Shown one piece after another: positions 1 to 14,584 of a stretch of DNA of 64,000 nucleotides. The notes beneath the pieces were generated by a model. That model had not been told where the DNA came from. It searched no databases and worked only from the letters and a program-made list of their open reading frames with translations. How positions within the stretch are numbered: position 1 is the stretch's first letter; every line of letters begins with the position of its first letter. The position numbers were made by a program, and so were the translations under genes. This stretch comes from Pocillopora damicornis (Eukaryota): contig NW_020844063.1 in assembly GCF_003704095.1 (NCBI RefSeq), positions 62,001-126,000 on the forward strand, given 5' to 3'.

Positions 1-245
1 TTAGGAGGGACGTAATATTTGCTGAAATTATAATTAATATCAAAACGCAGTTAACAATAATGGAAATGATAATGATGATTCCATAAACAGATGTGAAAAA
101 AAATCTACAATTAGCATTTTTTGGCCGCACGCGAATAATTGTCATAAAAATTTATCTACTCTTAGACCCTTAGATCAGTGTTTCCCCTCTCCCCTGCCCC
201 TAGTAGACTTGCAAAATAAGTTTAAACATTTCCATCTCTTACTTG

Positions 246-335
246 GCCTATTTACGTTATCAACTCAGTTGATTATACTAAATTACTCAAAAAATACTCT
301 GTTGTACTCTCCCACCGACGCAGTACCACAGTTTC
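246..335 (+). mobile_element. Fragment of the same Penelope-like repeat family
   Basis: tttacgttatcaactcagttgat matches the reverse complement of 14072-14097, and ctcccaccgacgcagtaccacagtttc matches 14174-14210. Confidence 0.55.
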
Positions 336-392
336 AGATAGCCTGTCTTCGTTTTATAAACTCTTTAAAGATAATTCTTTATGTATGCATAC

Positions 393-3300
393 CTGGACAT
401 TTCTTTAATAGTGGTACACACGGCTTTGTCTCGCTATCTGGTCCAAGACCTGAACAGTCCTTTCCGCCATTTTCTGGTGCTGGGTTATCGCACGACTTGA
501 CGCGTGTCCTTATGCCCCTCTCTTTTCCACAAGTTATGGAGCATTCGCCCCAAGACCCCCATGGTCCGTAACCTCCATTCACTGGAAATATTCAATGCAA
601 TGATTAAGAAACATCATAATTTTTTCTTTAGATCATTGCTAAACTCTTTCACCACGTTGCAATTTGATTATGGTTTTCATTACCCTGTGAGCCAAAGGCT
701 CTCTCGGCGTTAGGGCCTTAAGAAATCCAATATTATCATCTATATAGGTTAGGAGTATTCCTTGGTCCACAGCGTTTATATGAGCTAATTAACAACACGC
801 TAGTGATATAAAGTACGTATAAGTGCATGTAGGAAACGGATCCTTTCTTTCAGTCACAATCATGGGAGTGAATTAGACTGTATGGAACGAAAATTTAAGT
901 TGATGATTAAAAATAATAAATAGCCATTTGAATTAAAGTAAACTGTGTCAACCTGCACATCCATCCTTATTACAATCCTCTTCCTGTGTCTTCGGTCCCA
1001 GATCTGAACAATCTTTCCCACCGTATTGTGGTGTTGGATTTGTGCATTCCCGGCTACGACTGCGTGTTCCTCCTCCACATTTGGCAGAACACTCACTCCA
1101 CTTACTCCAAGTCGTGTAACCTCCGTTGACTTAAAGAAACAACGAAATAATATGGATTAAGTGACTTACAGTGCTTATATATGTACATATGATAGGTGTA
1201 TAAATGGTAAATATTTTGAAAAAGGTTAAAATTAGACGATTTTTCATTCTTTGGTGTGTATGAGCATTTATTTTGTTGAATAATGTTTTAATATAGAATT
1301 TAATCAGTAGGAACAGAAGTATTTCACCTCTATACACTTCTGACACAAATGAAAACACTTCTCAGTCCTTAAAACGTTTTTAAATATTTTTTAGAAGCTT
1401 TTAAAACCCTTTTCGATAAGGCTAACATCAAATATATTTTAATCTTTCATAATTCTGTTCATCAAATAATGCTTTTTAAATATTACCGTTGGTTATTATG
1501 TTTCAATTTAATAAAAACTCACCAGGGCAGTCCTGATTATTACATTCTCTACTTGTTTTACTCGGTCCAAGTCCGTCACAATCCTTTCCTCCTGCACTTG
1601 GCGGTGGATTGGTGCACGTTCGCTCTCGATATTGCTTTCCACCTCCACACGTTTTTGTACATTCACCATATGGTTCCCATGCAGAATAACCGCCATTCGC
1701 TACAAAAAAATTACAGCTAAAATAGTGCGCTTTAACCTGTCATTGAAAATTACAAGTTGGCATGTAGTACGTTCATGCAGAAGCCACTTCTCGGAAGGTT
1801 CCACATTCAATATTTTACACAGAGCTATTCCGGAGAAAGAAAAAAAGTAATGAAACGGATCTCTCTACTGATTATAACGAAAGCAAACCAAACACGTAAA
1901 GACCCGTATTAAATGGCTGATCAGGCAATGTTTAATAAATTGTAATAAAATGAGAAAATTACGCGCGTCTGATCGGCTGAAATGTGTGCATTGTTCATGT
2001 AGTACGAGTGCAAATTACAAATAGCGCGCGCGCTGCCAAAATCTCGTTCGTCTTGACTTACTGTGGTGCCTTTTTCATGTAAATTATTTACAATAACCAA
2101 CAAGATTTCTCGTGAAATTTGGTGTAAATAAGCCTTTTTAAATTTTTTAAAGACTACAAATTGCAGTTGCCCAACGGGCTCGCGTAGTTTTGCTCTCTTT
2201 GTAAAATTTACTCTTGCTTATTAACACCAAATTTGCACTCAAAATCCTGTTGTTATGAATACTAATATTATAAAATTAGTAATAATAATAATGATATATC
2301 AAGTATAAGTGAGAAACACCAACTGGGGCATTCTTCCTCATTGCAATCCTCTGTTTCCAGTGAGAGTCCGACGCAATTCTTTCCTTGGTACTGTGGAACA
2401 GGGTTATCACATTTCCTGCTGCGCGCTCTGCTGCCTCCACCACAGGTGGCAGAACAATCGCTCCATTCGAGCCAATTACTAAAACCGCCATCAACTGGGA
2501 ATAAAATAAGAGGCAGTGTAATGTTATTGAACCACACACAATTCGAATGCATCATATGAATTTCTAATGCCGAAAGAAGCCTTAATTCGGAAGAAAAGAA
2601 ATTTGGACAACCTGTAAGTGCTAGTCATAGATAAAAAAAAAAAAATGGCCTAAAAATTCTTGGCAGTGTTAAGTTAAAACCGAGGCCAGTTAGCCTCTAT
2701 CCGTAGCTCTTGAAAGTAAAAGCGCTCACTTGGACAGTTTTGAGTGTTGCATTCTCTGGTTGAAAGTTCTGGTCCCAGACCGGCGCAATTTTTGCCACCG
2801 TGTGCCGGTGGTGGGTTGGTACAAGTGCGCCTTCGAGTTTGTTCTCCTCCGCCACATTGTTTACTGCATTCACCGTACGGTCCCCAAGCGGAGTATCCGC
2901 CATCTACAGGTTCTTCGCCAAAAAAAAACAAAAAAAAAACCACAGTTAGTTCGCAGTCACCTCAAACTAAGCTGTGATTTGTATTTCGCTAAAAGTGTTT
3001 ATTTTCTCTATCTTACTTGAAACACAGCCATACAATTCCACTCTCATCGAAGCAACCTGAAACCATTCTTGTGGAAGGATTCGGACATACTGTGCCTTGA
3101 TTGACTGGATTAAATCGTTGATGACGAGGGTATTCTGGTCTTTATTCCCAAAGTATTCCTGGAATCGTAGTTTAACTCAAGGTAGTTATGACAGTTTGGT
3201 ATAGGACTGTTGTGAATTAAGCAAATCTAAAGAGGGAATCCTACCGATTTGTCGGCCAGGTTAATGAAACACTTTCATGTAGTCGTTAAAGCTCTTTACA

Positions 3301-6300
3301 ACTTGTCAAGATACTCGCGTTAATTCAATAATAACTCTTTGTATAATGTCGCCTAAATTATTAGTAATTGGATCTTGGAAGGGATTGACGTTTCACCTGA
3401 TTCTGAGATGTGAAGTGATGACCGTCCGTGCTGTAAGACACCTTGTATTTGGTGACCCACTGAGCGGCTTCTTGACGACCTTGACTCCCTACTTTGGTCA
3501 CCTCCACAATTTTACCAAGATTGATTTGAATCCATGGTTCTTTGTCGCTTCTCCGCGCTGACCACGCCCCTTTTCTTGAACCTCCAGCCATGTGGTAGAT
3601 TCTCGCATTGTTCGCTCCATGGTTGATGTCCCACTTGTGAAAAGATACATTTGAATTAGACAGGAATGAACAAATTCATGTTTATCTTCAATTTCTTTTT
3701 AAATCAAATTTTAGCTTGACAAAGCCACGATAGCTAACTGTGGACTGGATAGCGTGTAGAAAAGTAAAAAAAAAAAAAAAAAACGGGATAGGGCGGACAC
3801 TAGATAACCTGTGTATCATCACTTAATGAAATCTTCCTAATATTTTATTCATTCAATGAAGAAACAAGACGAGAGAAACAAACATGGCTGAGGGGAAACA
3901 TTTATTTTCAACGAGGCAAAACGTAGATACGTAACAAGCAGGCTGAGGCTTAGGTTAAGCCTGTAGCTTTGGACTGATCTACCTCTGATGATGCTGTTAT
4001 AGCTGAGTCTAGTATGCTTTTGTCCTCCATTCCCAGTGGTGAAGAACATCCTACCGAGATATAAATATCATGGTTCCTTCACCTCAATTCGTGGAATCAG
4101 TTAAATGCGAACGCTTAGTAATCGTTTACAGCATTCTCATGAGTCTGACTAAATTTGACGTCTTTGAGACCCAAACTTTCAGTGTTTGTTGCTAACGAAG
4201 CCATCTCAGTGGTTTCTATTCAGAGTCGTAAAGGCTTTTCAACTTGAATGATCATAGAAAAGATAGAGCCTGACACATACAGCATACCTGAGGAGATTTC
4301 ACAACCATACAACTCCATTCTCATGGAAATATGCCCACTCCAACTCTCAGGATAGAGGCGAACGAAACGTGCTTTGATTGGTTGAATCAACTTATTGACG
4401 ATAACGGTGTTCCTGTCTGCATTGCCATCATAAACCTGAATCGTGAGGCAATTTTTATTAGAGTAATTCCTGAAGCGTTTAAATTTTTTTTCAGTGAAAC
4501 TAAAGCACTGCAAATGTTCTATCTTTGACCTCAATGAATTATAAAATGGGCACTTGTCTAAAAAGACTCGGCAAAAATAATGAGACGCCACAGAACTCGG
4601 GCCGAGAGCAGTTCCATTCGTCCCTTTGGTAATACAAAATTTTACACGTATAAAGTCCTTTAAAGAGATAAAGTCAACACAAGATATTTAAATCCCAACA
4701 TGGGCCAAACTCCTTGGTTAATCCGTCTGTGTCAGAGCACCCAGAAGGTCATGAATTTTGTCATCTTGGACGTTCCATGAAGTTTTTTCTTCATTTTAGC
4801 TATTAAAAAATGGCATACTCATATCATTTAACTAGGATAACAGATACCCTCATACAAAAAGGTCTGAGAAAGAATTATACTTAAAGAAACAGATAGATCC
4901 GTTCCGGGCCTTTACCGAGATCAAAATGATTGAGAACTCTTGAGGTTGTGTATTTGATTATGTCAGTATTTACCTTGTCTTGAAATTCAAAATGACTTCC
5001 ATACTTGCTGTAAGCCACTTTAAAGCTCTTTACCCACTGATCATAGTCGTACCGTCCCTGAGTTGCCACCATAGTGACAGTGGTCGTCTCGCCTAGATCT
5101 GCTTCTAACCACTGCCTTTTATTGCTAACTTGGGCAGACCAGCCCCCATTCCTCCTATCAGTTGATACATAGTAGAGTCTTCCAGTACTGGCCCCACGGT
5201 TTCCATTCCACTGACAACATAAAAGGGAATAAGCGTAAGAGCCTCTCATATGCATCACACTTCCTACATATTTGTCATCTTTGCATGACAAAGACGAGAA
5301 AATTACCAATGTAGCGTGGCATGGGACACCGGTCGCAACTAGTCGATCACAACTCTTTCTCTCTTTCTCTCTTTCTCTCTTTCTCTATCTAAACTCACTC
5401 TGACAGCTATAAACGTCTAAATATGAATTACAGACTGAGTGAATTACAGCTACTGTGATAAAGTATGAAAAGACAGAGGAGCCCTTTCTGGGCCCCTATC
5501 CGTTCCCATCACGTTGTGGGTAACAGATACGCGACGGAGAATTTTCGTGCTATTGAAGTTATCATTTGAAAATCATAAATCATAAAGCAAAATTATAGAA
5601 AAGACATGCTCAACTTATGCTCCCAAGATTAATGATGTACGGAAAAAAGGAACTCTCTGTCAAATTCCTTTTGGATATATCAGAGAGAAGTATAACTTAA
5701 AATTGGCGCGTTGATTATGAGGATTTTTTTGCAAGGGAGTGGAATAGTGTAGGCTATACTTACCTCGGAAGAGGCTGTTATTGCCGAGTTGGGTAATTTC
5801 TTACTGGTCAGTCCGAGTGGCGTCACACATTCTGCAGACATGGAGATCAATACGTCATGTATTCAACACTAGTTGTTTGATAAACAAATCAAAGGGGAAT
5901 TACATAAATGTGTGATGACTGAAAAAATGAAATTTCACCTTCAGAGACGTCGCATCCATATACTTCAAACCTCATCGAACAGTGGTTACTCCATTCCTCA
6001 GGTTTTATCCTAACGAAACGAGCCTCGATGGGTTTCACGAGAGAATTAACAACGACGCTGTTCTGGTCACTGTTAGCTTGGTAAACCTATAAGGATCCAA
6101 ATCAATTGTACCGGCGGACTTGCAAAAATTCTGATGTGGGAAAGGCAAAACTTCGCCCATCGACAGGAAGATGTTACTGTAACTTAGTGATGAGAGTCAT
6201 TTCAGGTTATAATGTTCATATGGTGTTCTAAATTATCAAACAATGATCACGTTAAGTTTGTTGGGCATACTTTTTGGGTATGAATTTCAATGAAAACACC

Positions 6301-9300
6301 AACAAATTGCAAATCTGTCTACGATAAATTGGTGTTTCAAAATAACGGACCCATTTTGAACAACTTTAAAGAAAGGAGTCTTTCGGAAATAATGGTATAT
6401 GTTTTTCTCTCTCATCGCAGATATTTTTATAAATGTTGATCGATGTCCAAAAGATTGACGGCATTTTAATATCTTGAAATAAAACAAAACAAACAAAAAA
6501 ATGGGTTGTATTCGAGTTTTCTTCTGCATTAAGGGTTGGTTAGAATTAAAACTAAGAGATCATCAAGCCTAGAATAATACAGCGCAAAACCCTATCAAAA
6601 TGCAAAATATATGTATGTTATCTAAGCGTAGCTTACGCGATCTTGAAGCGTAAACGTTTTTCCAAATGTACTGTACGAGACCCTGTATTTGGTCACCCAC
6701 TGGGCGTAGTCTGAGCGGCCTTGACTGGCAATTTTCGTCACTCTCTTGATCTTCCCAAAGTCCACCTGAACCCATGGTGATTTGTCGTCTGATCTTGCAG
6801 ACCATGCACCAGTCGTTCCGTGACCCGCTTTGATAAGGTGCAGCCTGGCATTTGAGGCTCCATACGCTGAACCAAACTAAAGAAAATTAGTCAAGATAAG
6901 TTAAGCACTCGAAAATGCGCGATAAATGTTACCCAACCAGTAGTACCGCCAGTCTTTCCATTAGCAGCCATATTTTTTGCATCCCACAATGAATTATTTC
7001 ATACATGAAATGCAATTGGTGATAAATAGGCTACAGACAGGCTATAGTGTTGACGACAACGGGTCTTTCAACAAACCGTTCATAAAATGTTGAGGCAAAT
7101 GTGTATCTATTGCCACTAGCATGATTCTAAGAAAAAGCTAAATGATCTCGCTTTCAGCACTCGTTAAGCAAAGCCATAAGGTACGTCCTATTCTTGAAAT
7201 TATGAATTCTTCCCAGAACTGCAATATAAATATCGTTTGCAAAAGGAAATGGAGAGTCCTCTATCTGTAAAAGCAGTTTTTTCTCCGTAGCTCTTACCTC
7301 AGTTGAAGCTGTTATGGCATAGTCAGGGATGACCTTTTTTTCCATACCCAAAGCTGTTGCGCACTCTGAAGGAAAAGTTATCATTTTCTCTTTTTCAAAA
7401 CTTTTGGTCCAAGATATGTATAAGAGCACAGTAAAATCCAAACCATGTGCCCCCTTCTCACCCTCTATGATAATCTTCGGGTAAATAATTTTCAACTTAT
7501 TTCATAACATGAGCACCAAGTGAGCTTTCGTGATACATAATACCAAACTCCGTTAACCCTTTAAATCTCAAGATCTGATTGTCGATTCTCCCCTCTAGCT
7601 GCTACAAAATTTCTTGTAAATAAGTGATGAGAATTTGGTGTTAGATCAGGAGAACAACTGTAACCTGATAAGTTTGAGTATTCTCATAACCTGTTTACTG
7701 GATGTGGTATAGATATTATAGGGAGAGATTACATGTGAATCACTTCTGGGATTTAAAGGGTTAATTATAGGCCTCCTTGACCTCTGATCAAATTTCATAA
7801 CGGTAAGAAAAAGTAAGAAGTCACACTCTCCCTGTCCGTATCTGTACCCTAAAGCCAAAGACAATAAAGACGCTACGAAGATTACAGAAAAATTAAGAGC
7901 GAGAATAAATATTATGATAATCACCTGATGGTAAACCTGGTTTTAGACTACAGCCATAGAGCTCCATTCTCAAGGAGATGTGTACATGCCAAGCGTATGG
8001 GTAAAGACGGACGAAGCGAGCCTCGATCGGTGTTATGAAAGTGTTTACCACAACACCGTTTTGGTCGTTGTTGCCGTAGTATATCTAAAGGGAGACCAAA
8101 ATATACTAAAGTATGACCATAAGGGATTTCCTTAGCATGGATAATGGGCAGTCAAGTAGTTTTTTATCAACTGAATATTTGATTGTATTACTTTTTGTCT
8201 TATTGTCTAAGTATAAATGATTCATACAAGTGAAAGTTAGGTCATAACTATTTGAATAGTTGTAGTATTTAGTGCACTTCAAACGGAAGAATAGACGTGT
8301 GTATGTACAGTAATCAATTTGTTTCGACGATGACTGTATCGTTTTTGGCAGGTGCGTTTGCGCGCCATATCGACAGCATCGTTTATGATAGCTGCGTAGT
8401 TGTACTAATTGCTCAAGCAAAATTAATTTGAACAAATACGTTTTATCCTTTTCTATCTGCACAGTTATATACCATGATCAATCAGGTATACGCTTATTTA
8501 AGCAATAGACTATAATTTCTTTCGGTAAACGATAAAAAGTGTAATCTATTGCTTTAGTAAATTATCAACGGGTTACCTATGTAATAAACGATAGGCTTTG
8601 GACCAATAAAGGCGCTCGTATTATTTCGTTAATTTCTAAAAAGCGTTAAGGCAAGTAATTGATTCGTTAAAGCCATCTATTTAGCAGTCACACTCTGCCT
8701 TATCCACAGAGCAAGTCCTTATCATTTCTTTTCTTATCTCATTCAAATACCTTTTCTAGAAATTGAAAGTCTTTTTCATCCGTACTGTAAGATATTTTAA
8801 ATGCAGTAACCCACTGGAGTCGGTCTTGTCTTCCTTGGATTGCCACCTTAGTCACACGAGTTAGTTGACGAAGGTTCACCTGGATCCACTGTCCCTTTTC
8901 GTTTTTTCTGGCAGACCAGGCTCCAGTCTTACTTCCACCAGCTGGACGATTGAGCCTTGCATTGCTGGGCCCATGGTTTGCAGCCCACTGCAGACAAATA
9001 TGACATTTAAAATATTGTTAGTTGTATAGTCAAACAGCGTTTAGATACATGACAAGCCTGACTTTTCGTTGTAAATCATTAAATTATTAATTAACAGTGT
9101 TGCAATCTGATAAAATATGTCAATTGGTTAGTTCTGAATAGTTATGTTTTTTCATAAAAAAAAGGAAAAAGTGTTTTAAGCATTTTGCCGTGAAAATTTG
9201 GAATCATTTTGAATTAAAAAATGGGGAGTGGAAGCACAGACCTTGTTTTGAAATAACATGTAGGAGTCAAGTAATGAAATTTCTTGTAGCTAAACGCCTG

Positions 9301-11565
9301 TGGTTGGACCAGTAAATATCCTTTTCCGTGTTGCTCTAAGCTGAAGGAAAAATACCCTCTCCGAAAAATTGAATTCTTCAAGTTTGGTTAAGTTCCTTAC
9401 CTCTGAGGAGGCGGTAATGTCTGAGTCGGGTATATCCCCGCTTTGAAGACCAAGTGGTGATTCACATTCTGCAATTTGAAAAAAAGTTCTGATAGGATTG
9501 CTGTCAAATGATTGGCGTCTTAATTTGTCAAACTACATCAAATTTACAAGGTATGATCGCAATGAGTATATTCTGATAAATGTTTGTTCCAATGTTTTTC
9601 TTTAAGTTGAATAAAAGGATCGAGTCCTCTTCCATAATTTTGCGTTATTTTTTACGTTTAAGTGTTCTCAAATCCCTCCGTTTTTTTCAAAAAGCAGTCC
9701 ACACTCTAACAATAAAAATTATCCTGGTATTTTTTAACCGTTGTTAAATGTTATATAACATACCTCCATGCACATATCCTGTAAGAAATATAATGAAAGA
9801 AGAACGTTAACTCATTATGTGATACGACGGTTTACCATTGTAATTTATCTCTGAACTATTTTAGGACTTGATTTAAGTAATTTTTAAATTTCTCTAACTG
9901 ATCGTGATCGCTGGAAAGAGCGGACAAAAGAACGAATTCCATTCCTATTTACGAGTTATATAAGCATGTAGTATGAATACAAGTGGTCAGATTAATATTC
10001 TCTCTTATTGGAACCGATTGATGGGAGTTTTATTTAGCACTTAACTCAGAAAAATTTACTGCTGAAAGGACATATTTTGATTTAATTTCCACCTTGAAGT
10101 AAGATCAGTGTGTTGGTTTTGTCTCACTTCAGGATTTGATTGTTCAAGAAAACTTGCACCACTTTCTAAACCAATTACACTCGATTGCAAAAACGTTGAC
10201 ACGCAACAAGCGTTTATAATGAACGATGAGACTCAGCAAAGAGCTATCCAAACTTTCCCGGAAGAAAACGTTTTATCATGAGAAAAGATTTTTCATGAAT
10301 AATGAGAGAAGTAAATCACTGATTGTGTATCTGTGCGAACATTTCCCATAAAGGTGATGGGTCTTGTCGTTCGTGAATCAAGCTTATTAGGTGTCAACGT
10401 TTTTGCAATCGAGTGTAGTTCTAAAAGTGAAATCAATTGAGTTAGCTGCGATATTTTCTGGCTAATCAATGTGAATTTTGAGTGCTGTTTTACAGATCAT
10501 GAGTAATTTGCAAAGCCGGCTCCATGTACCTCTCACCAGAAGTTTCTCTTAAAACATTCTTTTAGCAGATCACTTGGTTCCTAGCAACGCTCAAGCTACC
10601 TGCATCTTGCTAGTTTTAACATCCTCTAAAATAGCTTCTTATTACGAGACCCCTCCAGCGCTTTATTCAACAGTGACCTGCGGCAACAGGTGATGATACG
10701 CTAAGGCATTTACCTGATGAATTTCAACATGATCTTTACACCTTTGAGTAAAATCAAACCCTCCCATCTCCCATTTTTAACTTGTCATTGTTCTGTTTAT
10801 TCCAACAATAAAGTAATGTTACTGTGACATTTCTAAAAAGAGGATTCAGACAACTCAAAGTACCGTTACTAAAATAGGGTTTCCAAAGTCAGCGCTGGAC
10901 TAAGCAAGGCTGGTCTGTTTCCGAGTTGACTTGACAAATAATCTCTATTGGTTTCCATGGGCCACATATATCGTGCTTGGTTCATTTTTTATTAGTGGGA
11001 GTGTAAGTGTGACAAAACTCATAGAATAAAAATGAAACCGTAACTAATGAAGATGATTCGTCTGAGTAACGGAACCAGCCCATAACGTAATTTAAAGTTA
11101 AGAAAATGAGTCAGAATGACACTCCCGAAAGATGATGTTTTCCGAGAAAACCAAGAACACTCATGCACCACACTGACTTTAGACAGCTCGAGAGAGAGAG
11201 GGGGACCAGAATTTAACGAGAAACGAATACGAACGAGGCATTTTTATGGTGACGACCACGAAGGCGTAAGTCGTTTGATACACCTCAAGTTAATATCGAA
11301 CGGACATTTGATGATATTTTGTTATGGGCTAAACAGCACTTAGCACATAGGCTTATATGACCGGCACTCAGCAATCAGATTCTGACCCCTTTGACCGTCA
11401 AAATGGTATGATTGTTTTTTGACAACCCTTTGGCCTCTCCTTTGCTGGTGAAGAGAGAAAAAAAACCCTAATACACTTTCGATGTTGTTGGATTGAATCA
11501 ATCTGGTACTTACCAAATAGAAGAATAGCCTCTAAAAGAGCGATGAGGTTGGCGCTCAAGGCCAT
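393..11565 (-). CDS. Gene B: coadhesin-like paralogue (signal peptide, 4 F5/8 type C, >=5 TSP1), 3' end beyond window start
   Basis: Exons: signal peptide 11565-11514 ([17 protein letters not shown]) and 9778-9764. F5/8C: #1 9468-9401,8987-8751,8084-7925; #2 7365-7298,6876-6637,6086-5939; #3 5831-5764,5210-4974,4435-4288; #4 4050-3983,3633-3397,3158-3017. TSP1: ~2912-2730,2494-2324,1699-1523,1129-953,581-393. The last exon ends at a GT donor with no stop. Confidence 0.88.
5353..5390. repeat. (CTCTTTCT)n microsatellite
   Basis: ctctttctctctttctctctttctctttctct. Confidence 0.8.
7557..7760 (+). mobile_element. piggyBac-like MITE copy
   Basis: TTAA-CCCTTTAAATCTCAAGATCT...GGGATTTAAAGGG-TTAA. Internal sequence similar to 33541-33744. 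Confidence 0.8.
10178..10415. mobile_element. Tc1/mariner-type MITE
   Basis: Perfect 25-bp TIRs CACTCGATTGCAAAAACGTTGACAC, TA on both flanks, no ORF. Confidence 0.85.
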
Positions 11566-12884
11566 TGTGACAACTCTGAAGAAAGACCCGAAGATAATGT
11601 GAGGTGTGAGGCTGTAGTTCATGTTATAACACAAATTTTTTAAACCCTGCATTACTAATTAAATAGTAATTAAAAATGTTTTAATTTGTTATATAAACCA
11701 CGAGAATGCTGCGGCAAAAATCGTTTCATTTATCACTTTAAAAAGAGGTCCAGGACTTTTCTTGTCAAAATGGAGAGACAAAATGTTAACTGGCATGTTG
11801 TTTCTTGTCACGAAAAGAAGTTTTTTTCCGATGAAAAATATATTCAGAAATTTAATAAAAAAAAAAAACTTGCTTGGTGATTTGCTAAGTCGTTAAATAT
11901 CCTTTGTTTGATTTAAGAACAAACAATACTCACAGTTTAAATGATAATGAATCGTCAGCCTTTTCACGCGTTGCTTATTTGTAAGTTATATTGTAGGGTT
12001 AAAAAACAAATGGAAATATTTGCCACAGTGTCAAACTTAAATTTCACTAGGAGGGTCTGTAATTGCACTTTCCTTTGTGATAAACCGCCGACTACACTGC
12101 ACAATTTTCTTTAACTTTGATTCATTAGCAAACCACGCCAATTTTAAAACCCCAAAAGAATGTATCTGTCAACATTCTCTTGAGTATTGACGTTAAAAAA
12201 AAAGTACCAATCAGGTATCCTTATGCCTAGAGTTAGTAATATAGCAAGCTTCTTCAAAACTCTGCACGTGAGTTCTCCTTTATAGATATGTTTCAAAATA
12301 AATCTTATTTGATCTGGTAATTTAATTTTTTTTATTGCAGTTTTTCTCCGTGGGGTCCCGCTCAAAACATCCCTATAACACGTTGAGAACACCGTGGTAA
12401 TTAGAGGTGATAAGCAAACTTCTTTACTCTCTGGATGGATAAGGTTGAACAAATTTCAACGCTACAGGAAGGGGTCACTTTTGTGTCATAAATTTTTTTA
12501 AGTTTTTTTTTTTTTGCTAGAAAAAGGAAGGGCCAGTATGTGACCCCTTAAAGACCCCCAATAGAAAACAAATTAAATGGGTCATAGACCCTATTGAAAT
12601 TTGCTCTGTATTTGACATTGGTGAGTAAGTAAGGAAATTGGTGATTTGGGCAAATGGGATATGGAAATATTCGAGGAAAAGCCTTTCAAAATGTTTACCA
12701 AAGTACCCTGGTCATATGCGGGAAAAGCGAGATTAGTTTAAAAATCTGTGATTGCTTTCTTTAGATGCCTAAATTTAAATATTCAAAGAAAAAAAGTGGC
12801 CTTGATCGAATTAAAACTCCACTGAAATTACTTGGTTATTGTACCGGATACAGAGTATAATTACGAAGTTTAATATTTAATTTT

Positions 12885-13200
12885 AGTATCCACTAAAACA
12901 GTAAATAACGTTGAGGGCGCGCTTTGATTGGCTACCCAATCACCGATAATCCTTCACTATTCACCTCCGAGCAAAGCGCGCGGTATTTGCGCCTGAGAAT
13001 ATTGTAATCGTTGCAGGAATAAATGAGTCGAAATAATATTTTTTGCTTTCTTACCTCACTGATTTATTATCTATCAAAACAGCTGTTCACCTCAGTGTCG
13101 GTGATTAGCGGTGGATATAGAGCACGCCGCCTCGTGGCCGGTCGTTAATTATCCACCACTGGGCACTTGTACCTCCACTTCGTTAAATATTTGTTAGTAA
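12885..13200. repeat. Interspersed palindromic repeat family
   Basis: Shares TTCACCTC.GTGTCGG / GAGGTGAA(T/C)A motifs with 23073-23183 and 40594-40822. Confidence 0.55.
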
Positions 13201-14059
13201 TTATTTCTTAGAATTCAAAGAAAAAGAAGAAAGAATCCTAATTTATAATGCGTATTTAAAGATAATATCTTGTAAAAGTTCTGGAAAAACAGAGGGAATA
13301 GAGTAAAACTTCAATTGAGTAGCACAGTTTAGCCGTGAATTCACAGTTTGTGAATTAACGACAAAAGAGATTTTGCCTTTGGGTTTCATTTAGGGGTTCT
13401 AGAGGATCTTTTCAGGTATCTTAACCTGGGATGGGCTTGAAAACTTGACTGTTTATGTACGGCATTTATAACGTAAACTTTAGAACATGCCGACCGCCTT
13501 ATCGAAGGCTAACTCTTGTGTAGAGGAGGGAGGGGGGGTAGAGGAAGGGAGGTGGAGGGGGAAGAAGTCATCAGTAACATGTTAATTTCGTTGCCTGTTT
13601 AAAAAGTTGAATGATGACGAATGATGACGAATGATGGGCACTCTCATGAGAAGTTTTGTTCGTTTCACTCTAGTTTGTGGATATTTTTTTTGCTGTGACA
13701 AATTGAGTTTCGGATGATAACGGTATGATAATGGCATGGAAAGAAAAATAATACAATCAATATTTTTTCATTGCTTTTTTATTAACCCATTAAGCGCGCT
13801 AAACTTTTTCCCCAATATCCTTACAATTTATAAACCAGAGAGTAGCTAGACTACTGTTTTGTATTATGATATTTCCCTTTTGTTTCCGCGTACGTTCCAG
13901 TTCTGTGGTTAATTCACTTTTGAGTTGCATAACTCTGGCCCTTGATCTGTGAAAGATAATATATATGCGACTTGAGTTTCGCATTTTGAAAAGTTGTAAA
14001 CTGCCTACATTGTACTTGAAGTCTTGAACAAACGTGAATAGCTACTTTTGGTCATGCAG

Positions 14060-14212
14060 GGTAATTTCGTTTATAAACTGAGTTGACGACGTAAATTGTC
14101 CACCGTTAGGAGTTTTTAAGCTGACTTTTCGAGCGTTAGCCCTTCGTCAGAAATTGATGACGAAGGGCTAACACTCCCTCACCGACGCAGCACTAAGGTC
14201 TCTTTAGAAACT
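14060..14212. mobile_element. Penelope-like terminal-repeat remnant with inverted, degenerate hammerhead motifs
   Basis: Minus strand 14150-14119 reads CTGACGAAGGGCTAACGCTCGAAAAGTCAGC. Opposed plus copy TGACGAAGGGCTAACACTCCCTCACCGACGCAGCAC...TCTTTAGAAACT. Confidence 0.7.
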
Positions 14213-14584
14213 CTCCCCCTTTATTATAATTTTGCTCTTGATTTGGTTAACTGGCTGATGGCTTGTATTACCCACTAACTCAATTTCTCTAACTTCTAAG
14301 GTGTCGTTTTCTTTTATTTTGGTTTTAGCTTCAAATGAAAATGGATTGTGAGACTTGAATTCGGCTAAGGGTCCGAAATGTCGAGGTTTTCTACTCGATA
14401 CCCAAGAGGTGAACTCAGCAGAATATCGTTCGTGTTCCGCGAACAAAGTTTACAAAGCTCAACTTGACTATCATGGGGTGATCATACGCAGGTAATAAAC
14501 CACACAAGTTAAATCCGCCAGCTGCATAGCTGAGGTGGAAAAGTTTTAGCAATTTGAAAACAAACTCCGAACTTACCTGAACCA

